Positions 51,732 to 61,478 of a stretch of 64,000 bases of DNA are shown piece by piece. Every line of letters begins with the position of its first letter. The first letter of the stretch is position 1. This DNA comes from Candidatus Latescibacterota bacterium (lineage in GTDB: Bacteria > Krumholzibacteriota > Krumholzibacteriia > WVZY01). The DNA lies in NCBI GenBank assembly GCA_963791045.1, contig CAWBQK010000003.1:43682-107681 (forward strand), written 5' to 3'. The notes under the pieces are model-generated. The model had not been told where the DNA came from. It saw nothing but the letters and a program-made list of their open reading frames with translations, and did not search any database. Both the position numbers and the translations under genes were made by a program.

Positions 51732-52136
51732 GAATCCTGTGAAAAAATGACCCGTGGCGAAGAATTTTCGGTCACGGGATCATATGACAAGGCAAACGTC
51801 CTCCGAGTAACCACTTGGAAGGGCGTTTGTCTTTGTATCGTGCTTGTTTTTCCTCGTTTGGCGCTCGGGAAACAGTGGACTCAGAGGCCCAAACTGCGGT
51901 ATAATATACATATGGCAAGTTTTTTGTCAGCCTGTTATCCACAATTCGGATGACAAAAGGCTTGACATTGCTTTAGAGAACGTAGAAAACTGCTTCTAAG
52001 AGGGGGTGATACAGGGTCGAGCGGCTGGCTCTTTCGGAAGGCCCGGGCCATGGTCCTGTATGTTACTTTGCCAAGGAATGTTGTCCACCGGTTCTTATTG
52101 GTTTGTGTCTGTTTTTGTTTCTCACTAGGAGGCGAT

Positions 52137-52694
52137 ATGAAAAAGGTACTGTTATTGACTGTAGTCCTGATGCTCTCGGCCACCATGGCGTTTGCCCAGG
52201 GAGGCCGTCTCGGTCTTTTTAGTGATGCAACGGGTGACGTAGAGAAATGCGCGATCACGGATGCCGTGCCCGGCCTGCTCAATATTTACGTGGTTCACAT
52301 TGAGACGGCGGGCGCGACGGCGAGCCAGTTCATAGCTCCCCAGCCGGCTTGTATGGTGGGTACCTACTTGTCCGATAGCCAACCTTTCGCGGTCACGATC
52401 GGAAGCTCCCAGAATGGTGTTGCGATTGGCTATGGCGCATGTCTGAGTGCGCCGATTCACTGTCTGACCATCAATATATTCGCGTCCGGCGTCACGCCTC
52501 CTTGCTGTATCTATGAGATCTATGGCGACCCCAATACGACGAGCCAAATGATCGAAGTCGTTGACTGTGACGAAAATCTCATCACGGGCGTCGGCCAGTC
52601 GGGTGTCATCAACGCCGACGCGACTTGCGCGTGTGTTGATATCGTTCCGACCCAGGATTCCAGCTGGGGCAAGATTAAGTCGCTTTACAATTAA
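52137..52694 (+). CDS. Secreted WGK-tail protein, family B
   Basis: AGGAGG RBS, AFA|Q, YVVH..GATASQF and tail IVPTQDSSWGKIKSLYN. Confidence 0.88.
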   Translation: MKKVLLLTVVLMLSATMAFAQGGRLGLFSDATGDVEKCAITDAVPGLLNIYVVHIETAGATASQFIAPQPACMVGTYLSDSQPFAVTIGSSQNGVAIGYGACLSAPIHCLTINIFASGVTPPCCIYEIYGDPNTTSQMIEVVDCDENLITGVGQSGVINADATCACVDIVPTQDSSWGKIKSLYN

Positions 52695-53015
52695 GTGACG
52701 TCCGGCCTCTGCCGGAGACAGATCTAAAACACGGCCTTCACCAGGTTATTCCCTGGTGGAGGCCGTGCCGATTTGGGGCTTCGAGGGGGGCTTGTACGAC
52801 TGATGACCCCCAAGGCCTCTGTGGCCGTTGACGGCCGGTAACCCCCTGATGTATACTTTCTCCAAGCTTGAACCTTGACCTGACGAGCGTTAAACAATAA
52901 TTTATTAACAGTTACCCAGCCTGTTCGCCGCCCCCTGCATATCCCCGATGCGTTGTTGCCGCCCCGTTTGGGTGGGAATCGGTTCGAACATTTGGAATTC
53001 CGGAGGAATCTCGCG

Positions 53016-56000
53016 ATGCGTCTTTCCCAGCGATATTGTGCACGGTTGTTCGCCGTTGGCTTCGCGTTGGCCGCACTGATTGCCCCTGCCGCCGCGGCTG
53101 CTTCAGCCGCTACGTCCAGGGGGGGCGCGAGCCTTGTCACGGCTGATGCCACCCGGATTGTGTTCGAACTCGAATTCGATGACTTTTCGTTGAAACCGTC
53201 TGGTTTTGTCCGTGGAACCGAGGTGTTGGAGATCCCCGGGTTGGGCGTCCACGCGGCGCCCGGCGAACCATCGATACCGGGGCGGACGTATCTTGTCGCT
53301 CTTCCTCCCGGCGGTGAGCCACGGGTACGCCTGTCCGTCGTCAGGAGCGTTCCCCTCGGTGTGCATCGGCTCGAACCCGTTCCGTTTGCTACGGCGGGAA
53401 AGGACGACAATGATTTGGTTATGATGGGGAGCGACTATCGAATCGATGACACGGTCTACAATCGGGCCCGGACGTTGATCGCGGCGACGGCGGAGCCGGT
53501 TGTCCGAATCCGTCACCAGAGGGTGCTGCCGATCCGGGTGGTCCCGGTGTCTTATGACCCGGCCACAGGTGAGACGATAGTGGCGACGAGAGTCCGTGTA
53601 GAGATGTCGATCACAGCGGCGCAGGACGTGAAAACTGGGGACTCCCCCCTCGGCGGAAAACCGATCCGCGAATCTTCCGTTTGGGAAAGGATTTTTGAAC
53701 GGACGCTTGTAAATCCACGCCAGGCGGCAAGTGGCGGACGGGAGAGGGGATGCGGCCGAGGGATCCGGCGCGTTCGGCACAAACCGCGGAGGCGCTTTCC
53801 GGCCCCCTCGTCAAACTTCTCGTCCGCGAAACGGGTCTGCACCGGGTGAGTGCGTCCAACGTTATTGCGCGGGGGATTCCCGGAGGCACCTCTATTTCGG
53901 AGCTGCATCTCTTCAAGCGTGTCTATGACGTGGATATGCTGGACGAGACCGCGGTCGATATTCAGTTCCGAGTCGTGGAAGATCCGGCGGGTGTGGGGGG
54001 TGTCCTCGACGGGCTGGACTGGGTTGTATTTTATGGTGAACGTCTGCGCGAGGATGGTTTTCAGGAAGACCCAATCGAGAAATTTTCTTACACGAATACC
54101 TATTGGCTGGGAACGTCCGGCGGCAGCCAGATGCCGGTCATAGACGTTCCCGTGGGGATTGTTAGCGCCGACACGGCAACCGCCGTTTTTCCGGCGAGCC
54201 ATTATCTCGAACAGGACAATGTTTTCCTCGAGGCGACGCCGCCCAACCAGGTGGAGTTTTTTTATTACGATGTCGAAGGGAGAGCAGCCCTTGCCGTCCC
54301 GTTCGAAACCCACTCGATCGATCCAAACGGGTCGCTGGTTCTGAAGGCGAGGTTTCAGCGGTCCTGGGACACTCGGCATCCCGAGTCGTATGTCCTCAAT
54401 CTCTCCATTGTTAATTCGAAGGGAACCGCCCAGCTTCCCACAGCGGAAGTTCTGAACTCGGCCTCGATTGTTTATCAGTCAGACCCCGTGCCCGCGAGCG
54501 AGATTGTCGATGGAACCAACACTTTTCGGGTCGATAAGACGGCCGAGCGTCCGACCCTCGGTGTTCTCCTCGATTGGTTCACGGTCGAGTATAACGCGAG
54601 GTACAAGGCGAAGGGCAACGTGCTCGCTTTCAATTCGGGTTCGCTCACCGGTCGCAACAGTCTGGTGGTGACGGGATTGAGCAGAACCGACGTGATGTTG
54701 TTCGATGTCACCGATCCGCTCCAGGTGCGGGAATATGGTCTGACGCCGGGACATCTACCCGATGTAGGAAACGGATATGCGCTCGCTTTCAGGGAAGACT
54801 TGTCCGGCCAGAAAAGTTACGTGGTTACTACAACCGCGGGAATCAGGGAGCTGCCCGCTTCCGATGTCGTGGCGAGCGACCCAAGCCAAATTATCGGGGG
54901 TTCCGCCGAGGCGGGTGTGGACATTCTGGTTGTTTCACACGCCGATTTTATCGACGAAATGCAGCGGTGGGTGAACTTCCGGAAAGCTCAGGGGTACCGT
55001 GTCCTGATGGTTGACGTGGCCGACGTCTATGACGAATTCAACGGCGGCGTCGCGAACCCCCGTGCGATCAAAAAGTTTATTCGCCACTTTTTCGAGAAGG
55101 GCGGCGCGAGCTTTGTAGTGCTCGTCGGAGATGCGAGCGAGGACAACAAGCATTCGTACCCCGAATCGGGAGAGAACTTTGTTCCGACGGAATCGTATTC
55201 GGAACGGGTGCGCGCGGGGTTCGACGAGGATGAAGTGGTGACGACGGACAAATGGTACGCGATGCTCGATTATGATTTCATAACCAATCAGCCGCCCGGC
55301 GAGGTGGATCTGTATCCGGATGTAATGATCGGCCGGTTGCCCGTCGGGAGCGCTCAAGAACTTCGCTACGTTCTCGACAAGATAATCAAGTTCGAACAAC
55401 CGGCCGGTGACGAATTCTGGCGCCGGCGCGTCATCCGTGTGGCGGACAACGCGTTTTCCGGGGGGTTCGAGCTAGAATACAGATCGTCCGAGGAGTGGTT
55501 CGAGACGGCCGAGGAGAATGCGGCTAAGATGTTCGAAGAGGCGATGCCCGGCGGGTTCGATATCGTCCGCTTTTACCTCGCCGACAAATTGGAAAACGTC
55601 GAACCCGAACACGTCCCGGGGAGCAAGATTCTGGGCAGTATCCTCATAAATGAAACACGCGACAACGTGACTCCGGAGTTGATCAATGAACTGAACGAGG
55701 GCGCGTCGATTGTGAGTTTTCAGAGCCACATGAATCGCTATCTCGTAGCGCACGAATGGTTGTTCACCTCCTCCAACACGTATGGCATCCGAGATCACAC
55801 GCGATTTACAAACTTCGAACGTCCGTGGGTTTTGTTCGGGATGGGGTGTCATATGAGTGACTACGCCCTCCACAAAGAACGCTCAAACGACAATCTCAAC
55901 CGCAACCCACCGAACGGCGATGCACTCGGTGAGTTGATCCTACTCCAACGGGATGGAGCCGTCGCTACCTACGCGAGTACCGGTTATGAATACCTCCAGC

Positions 56001-57157
56001 CCAACGTCCTCTATACGCCCATTATTACGGAGGCGTATTTTGACAGCGTTCCGACCGACACGATGATCGCCTCCAATAAGGCGCAGGCGCGTTGGATTCT
56101 CGGCGAGACGATGATGGTGGCGGAGTACTGGAATCTTGTTCGAAATCCGTTCGGGTCGGGAGACGGTGCGAAAGGGCAGATTAAGCGGTTTCACCTCCTC
56201 GGCGACCCCGTGCTTCGGGTTGACGGTGGCCCACCGCGTTTTGATGTGACGGTTAACGGCGGCGAGTTTCATTCCGGTGAAACGGTGTCGGGCGGCGATG
56301 ATGATCGTATCCTGGTGCGGGCCAAAGTATCCGACGAAGTCGCAATCGAGAAACTCACGCTCGAAATTGACAAGGTGGACTCGACCGAAATACTCACCGT
56401 CACCCCCCTCGTCGATGAGAACTTGAGCGCAGCGCGTGAATACGAGATCAGTTTTGAGCATCAACTCCAGGCGAAGAACTACGAAATTATACTCAGGGCG
56501 TCTCAGGCGGAGGACACGACGGCTGGCAGCTACCACATGGTGTCGGAGTTCATATTCGAAGTCCAGGCCTTCGCCGAACTGATGGTCAATGGAAGGCCGG
56601 TTGACGACGGTGACCTGGTTCCGCCAAGAGCGGACTATGTCTTCAAGCTGGAACTGCCCATCATGGTCGACGAGTCGCTTCTCCGTGTAGAAACCGATGG
56701 GGAAGCGGTGGAGCCGGTGACTTATTCGCACCCGACACCGGAAGATTCGACGACGTGGCTTGCGTCATTCTCGCAGGAGCTGACAGACGGCTCGCACGAA
56801 GTGGTCTTGTATGCCGATGATGTTCCATTTCCCAAGACGGTGATCGTGGGGTCGCGCGCGGGTCTTCTCGATATGATCGCGTACCCGAATCCCTTCGTGG
56901 ACGAGGTTTACTTCGTTTTTACGAACGAACTCCCGATCGCGGACGGCGCTGTCGACGTATTTACGGTGAGCGGCAAGAAGGTGGCGCACATCGAAATACC
57001 GGTTCAGTCGCGCTCGCCGGGGCAGAACGCGGTGCGCTGGGACGGCCGGACCTACAATGGCGATGAAGTGGCGAATGGTGTATACTTATATGTGGCAACG
57101 GTCAGCCAGAACGGAGAAAAGATCACGCAGCGCGGCAAGCTTGTTCATGTGAAATAG
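53016..57157 (+). CDS. Peptidase C25 (gingipain/PorU-like) with propeptide and C-terminal T9SS-CTD/FlgD-Ig-like domain; one frameshift near 53730
   Basis: Signal peptide; propeptide-like GEPSIPGRTYLVALP; VYDEFNGG, VVLVGDA, TDKWY, MIGRLPV, SHMN, GCHM and LLGDP; tail YPNPF..GKKV..WDGRT.NG..VANGVYLY. Confidence 0.85.
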
Positions 57158-57168
57158 GTCGCGCGTTT

Positions 57169-57267
57169 GGCAAGCGCGCCTGGGCTTACCATTCAGGTGG
57201 CTGAAGCATATAAGCATGGCAACCCGCACTCCGCTTCGCTTCGGGTGATCGATGACAGGACCCGTGC
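57169..57267. repeat. Degenerate, internally deleted copy 3 of the dispersed element
   Basis: GGCAAGCGCG...TGAAGCATATAAGCATGGCAACCCGCACTCCGCTTCGCT...GACAGGACCCGTGC aligns by eye to both ends of copy 1. Confidence 0.65.
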
Positions 57268-57311
57268 CGGGTTGTCATCTGAGCGTCGCGCCTTTTCAAA
57301 GGGAAAATGTC

Positions 57312-57950
57312 ATGATCAGGATTTCGATGGTTCTCGCGGCGGTTCTCGTTCTCTCCCTGGTGTCACTCCAACCGACACCGGTGCAAACCCAAATTCCCGA
57401 TCCATGCGAACCGGACGCAACGAGCGACGGCGGCTGTCTCTTTGTTTGTCCCGGAGGGGACGGGCAAAGGCTCGACGAAGTCGGTGCGACCATCGATGTT
57501 TCGGTGATCTATAACGGCGTGCCGGTTGCGGGGATTCCATTCAACGATTTCTGGCTCCTCGCATGCGATCCCCTGGACGACCTGGTCCTCTGCGGAGGAT
57601 CTCAATCGTGTTCGGCCGATGGACCCACGGACGCAGATGGTCATACCACCATTAGCGGCACGATCATCGCGGGCGGATGTGCGAACGGCCTCGGGGTTGT
57701 CATACAGGGAATAGTCATTTACGACAAGGCAACGTCATGTACGACCGTGCTGTGTCTTCCGATTTTGGCCCGCAGCCCGGACGTCGACGGAGACCTCGTC
57801 GTCGGTCTCACCGATCTGTCGATTTTTGCGGCGTCGTTCAACCAGGAGCCTTACAACGAGTGCGTCGATTTTGATTGTAACGGTACCGTCGGGTTGACGG
57901 ATCTTGCGCTCTTCGCCCAGCATTTCGGGCCGCCGGGACACAACTGCTGA
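57312..57950 (+). CDS. Secreted Cys-rich protein with C-terminal dockerin-like motif
   Basis: Signal peptide; DVDGDLVVGLTDL...DFDCNGTVGLTDL; ends HFGPPGHNC, like 46839..47474. Confidence 0.8.
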   Translation: MIRISMVLAAVLVLSLVSLQPTPVQTQIPDPCEPDATSDGGCLFVCPGGDGQRLDEVGATIDVSVIYNGVPVAGIPFNDFWLLACDPLDDLVLCGGSQSCSADGPTDADGHTTISGTIIAGGCANGLGVVIQGIVIYDKATSCTTVLCLPILARSPDVDGDLVVGLTDLSIFAASFNQEPYNECVDFDCNGTVGLTDLALFAQHFGPPGHNC

Positions 57951-58101
57951 TCCTTTTCTGCCACCCCAAAAGTTTTTCCATTTCCAGGTGATTCTGTTAG
58001 ACTCGTGCGGGCTATTTGTACGGCTCCGCATGAAGCCTGTTGGCGACCGGCGAACCGGGCGAAAAATGCGAAATTTCCGATTCCCGAAAGCAGTTAACGT
58101 C

Positions 58102-59019
58102 ATGTCGAATCGAAAACAACAGATTTTCGAAGAGCTCCGCGATCTTACGACGGAGCGCAGAAACCCGAGAACCCGCGGAATAGATCTCGCGTCGACATTG
58201 GACATTGTGACGCTGATGAATGCCGAGGACCATATGGTCGCTGACGCCGTCCAACTCGCTCTTCCCTCGGTTGCGGATGCCGTTGAACTCGTTGTGTCTT
58301 CTTTCCGGGTGGGTGGACGGCTGATTTACGCCGGCGCCGGGACGAGTGGGCGCCTCGGTGTTCTCGACGCCGCGGAATGTCCTCCTACGTTCGGGGTGTC
58401 GCCCGAGATGGTTGTTGGGATGATCGCCGGGGGGCGGGACACCGTGTTTTTGTCGCGCGAGGGAATCGAAGATGACACGGACGCGGCGGAAAAGGACATC
58501 GAAGATTTCGCTGTGACACCGGAAGACACGGTGGTCGGAATCACCGCCAGCCGCCGGACGCCCTACGTGACAAAGGCGCTCGAAGCGGCGCGCCGGATAG
58601 GGGCGAGTACTGTTTTTCTTACGTGCAACGACCCCGTTGACATCGATGTGGATGTCCAGATCAATGTCATCGTAGGGCCCGAGGCCATCACCGGCTCCAC
58701 CCGTCTCAAGGCGGCGACCGCGCAGAAAATGATACTCAATATGATAACAACGGCCAGCATGGTCAAACTCGGATCCGTCTATGAAAACCTCATGGTCGAC
58801 CTGAAGCCGACGAGCGAAAAACTGGTCGAGCGCGCCAAGGGAATCATCATGATGCTCTCCGACGCAGACTACGAAGAGGCGGAAGATGTGTTCGACCGTT
58901 CCGGCCGGAACGTCAAGGTAAGCGTGATAATGATTCGCAAGGATGTCGACAGGGAAGAAGCGCTGCGATTGATCGAAGACGCGGATGGTTTTCTCGCACG
59001 CGCATTGGGAGAGAGGTAG
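58102..59019 (+). CDS. murQ: N-acetylmuramic acid 6-phosphate etherase
   Basis: TERRNP, GAGTSGRLGVLDAAECPPTFG, GPEAITGSTRLKA and NLMVD. Confidence 0.96.
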   Translation: MSNRKQQIFEELRDLTTERRNPRTRGIDLASTLDIVTLMNAEDHMVADAVQLALPSVADAVELVVSSFRVGGRLIYAGAGTSGRLGVLDAAECPPTFGVSPEMVVGMIAGGRDTVFLSREGIEDDTDAAEKDIEDFAVTPEDTVVGITASRRTPYVTKALEAARRIGASTVFLTCNDPVDIDVDVQINVIVGPEAITGSTRLKAATAQKMILNMITTASMVKLGSVYENLMVDLKPTSEKLVERAKGIIMMLSDADYEEAEDVFDRSGRNVKVSVIMIRKDVDREEALRLIEDADGFLARALGER

Positions 59020-59022
59020 ACG

Positions 59023-60223
59023 ATGGCGACACTCAAAGATATTATGGCGAAGAAGGAATTTCTCGCCGCCGGCCTCATGTCGGGAACGTCGATGGATGGA
59101 ATCGACGCGGCGATCGTCCGCTTGCCGGCCGGTCGCGACAACGCTTCCGTCGAACTCGTGGCGTATCTCTCTCAGCCGTATCCCGACGAGCTCCGCTCGT
59201 CGCTTAAAGAACTCGCGTTTGGCGGGCAATGTTCGGCCGAAGAACTCGCGACGCTTCACACGGGTGTCGCGGTCAGCTTTGCCAACGCATTTTTCTCGGT
59301 CTGCCGCGAAGCGGGCGTCGATCCGAAATCGGTTGATTTCATAGGGTCGCATGGGCAGACGGTCGCTCACGTGCCGCCGACGCCCGAGCTGTCGTCGCCG
59401 CTGACCGGCACCCTGCAACTGGGCCCACCCGGTGTGATCGCCGCGCTGTCGAACGTTACGACCGTGGGTGATTTCCGGAGCGCCGACATGGCCCTCGGTG
59501 GACAGGGGGCGCCGCTTGCGCCGTACGCCGACTACCTTCTTCGACGCAGCGATTCGGAGAGCCGGATCATCCTCAACATCGGAGGAATCGCGAACGTGAC
59601 ATACCTCGCCAAGTCGGGGGGCGCGGACGAGGTCATAGCTTTTGATACCGGTCCTGGAAACATGATTCTCGATGAACTCTACCGTGTGCTTTTTCCCGAC
59701 AAGGGCCGTTTCGACGAAAACGGCGTGATAGCCGCTTCGGGCACGCCGTCGGAATCGCTCGTGGAGAACGTTTCTTGCTTTCTCATATTTTGACAGGAAG
59801 CCGCCCAAGTCCGCGGGGCATCACGAATTCGGGGCGCAGTTCGCATGGGAATTCTTGTCTAAAGCCCAGGCCGAGTCGCTGACTAACCCGGACATACTTG
59901 CCTCGGCGGTTGTTCTCACAACGCGAAGCGTCGGCCGTGCCGTCCGCGATTACATCCAACCGACGGGCGAAGTTGACAAGGTGTTTGTCAGCGGCGGTGG
60001 GGTCAAGAACTTCGCGATACTGAGCAGACTCGAAAAAGAACTCGCGCCGGCGGATGTGCTTCCCATTGACGGTCTGGGGATTTCATCGGATGCCAAGGAA
60101 GCCGTCGACTTTGCCGTGTTGGCGAGGGAGACTCTTTTGTCACGACAAAATGTTCTGCATCGTGTGACCGGGGCATCGTCCCCCACGATTCTGGGAACGA
60201 TTGCACCGGGGAGTGAATTGTGA
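59023..60223 (+). CDS. anmK: Anhydro-N-acetylmuramic acid kinase, frameshift near 59770
   Basis: GLMSGTSMDGID, GSHGQT, GGQGAPL, NIGGIAN and FDTGPGN; YFDRKPPKS, SGGGVKN and AKEAVDFA lie in a second frame. Confidence 0.94.
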
Positions 60224-61476
60224 AATACGCCTTAATAGGAATCACTCTCGCGCTTTTTGCGTGCTCGTGCGCGGCGCCCACAAGTACGACCAGGCCCGCG
60301 GGGCTTCCCGGCGACATGCCGGATATCCGCGTGCTGCTCGCGGAAGAACGCGGGTCGACGGCAATTGACGTTGCGAATGGAGTGTCCGTCAAGACGGAGG
60401 CGGGGATGACGCTTCTCGAATCAAGCGGCGCGGGGCGGGTCGTCGCGTCTGTTTCTCAGCGAAGCGTTGAAATAAAACTCGAGCCTTCGGGGCGTGTGGC
60501 GACGGCGGAGGGTGGTGTGAAAGTCGTTCCTAAGGGCGCGTCGTACCTTGGCTTCAAGGGGATAGATTATTCGGGCGCGATTGGATTGTCCGTTCTTTCG
60601 GGCGGGAAACTGAGGGTGACGAACACGCTGCCTCTCGAGACATATCTCGAAGGTGTTTTGCCCCACGAGATGGGCAACCCGGGCACCGATGGACTCGATG
60701 CGCTCAAAACACAGGCGGTCGCCGCGCGGACGTACGCTATCGGCAGGATAACGCAACGCTCCGCCGAGCCGTTCGATGTGTTCGCCGGAGTTCAGGACCA
60801 GGTCTACAAGGGGAATAAGGGAAGCAACAAGCTTGCGACGTCCGCCGTGCGCGACACGCGCGGCATGGTGATGGCGTTCAACGGCGAACTCGTCAAGGCG
60901 TACTACTGCGCGTGCTGTGGCGGACACACCTCCGATATCCGCCGTGTGTGGCCGAGCAGGGAACCCGCCGATTACCTCCATGGGATCGCCGATCGCGGCA
61001 ACCGATCGAATCGATCGTTTTGCCATGAAAACAGGTACTTTCGTTGGCGGTATTCTTTTTCGGGCAAGCAAGCTCGGCGCTATCTGAGGACGACCCTGCC
61101 GAAGATTCTCGGTGTCCCGGTGGAAAGCATTGGAGACATCAAGGATCTTCGTATCGACGAGCGCACCAATTCGGGTCGCGTGATCAAACTCACCATCGTA
61201 ACCAGCAAACGCGATTTCGTGGTCGAGGGCGACCGGATCCGCTGGGCGCTCGTGGTCGATCTTGAGAAGAATCGCATTCTGCCAAGCGTGATGTTCAGGC
61301 TCGAGAAGTTTATGGAGCTCGACCGGCTCGCATTTGTGAGTATCGTCGGAGGCGGAAACGGGCATGGAGTGGGGATGTGTCAGAACGGAGCGATAGCGAT
61401 GGCCAAAAAAGGTTATACCTATAAAATGATTTTGAAGCACTACTATCCCGGCTGCCAGGTCACAAAGGCGTACTAA
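60220..61476 (+). CDS. SpoIID/LytB domain lipoprotein
   Basis: Lipobox-like LFACSC, LETYLEGVLPHEM, LKTQAVAARTY, DQVY, GNGHGVGMCQNGA and ILKHYYPG. Confidence 0.92.
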   Translation: MKYALIGITLALFACSCAAPTSTTRPAGLPGDMPDIRVLLAEERGSTAIDVANGVSVKTEAGMTLLESSGAGRVVASVSQRSVEIKLEPSGRVATAEGGVKVVPKGASYLGFKGIDYSGAIGLSVLSGGKLRVTNTLPLETYLEGVLPHEMGNPGTDGLDALKTQAVAARTYAIGRITQRSAEPFDVFAGVQDQVYKGNKGSNKLATSAVRDTRGMVMAFNGELVKAYYCACCGGHTSDIRRVWPSREPADYLHGIADRGNRSNRSFCHENRYFRWRYSFSGKQARRYLRTTLPKILGVPVESIGDIKDLRIDERTNSGRVIKLTIVTSKRDFVVEGDRIRWALVVDLEKNRILPSVMFRLEKFMELDRLAFVSIVGGGNGHGVGMCQNGAIAMAKKGYTYKMILKHYYPGCQVTKAY

Positions 61477-61478
61477 TC

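Noticed and set aside
47561-52694. Diversity-generating retroelement or RiPP precursor array
   Set aside because: There is no reverse transcriptase, no adenine-specific template/variable repeat pair and no modifying enzymes; the proteins have Sec signals and folded-domain size.
46504-57950. Secreted-protein array as a tRNA-Val-integrated island
   Set aside because: I found no integrase and no duplicate of the tRNA 3' end on the far side.
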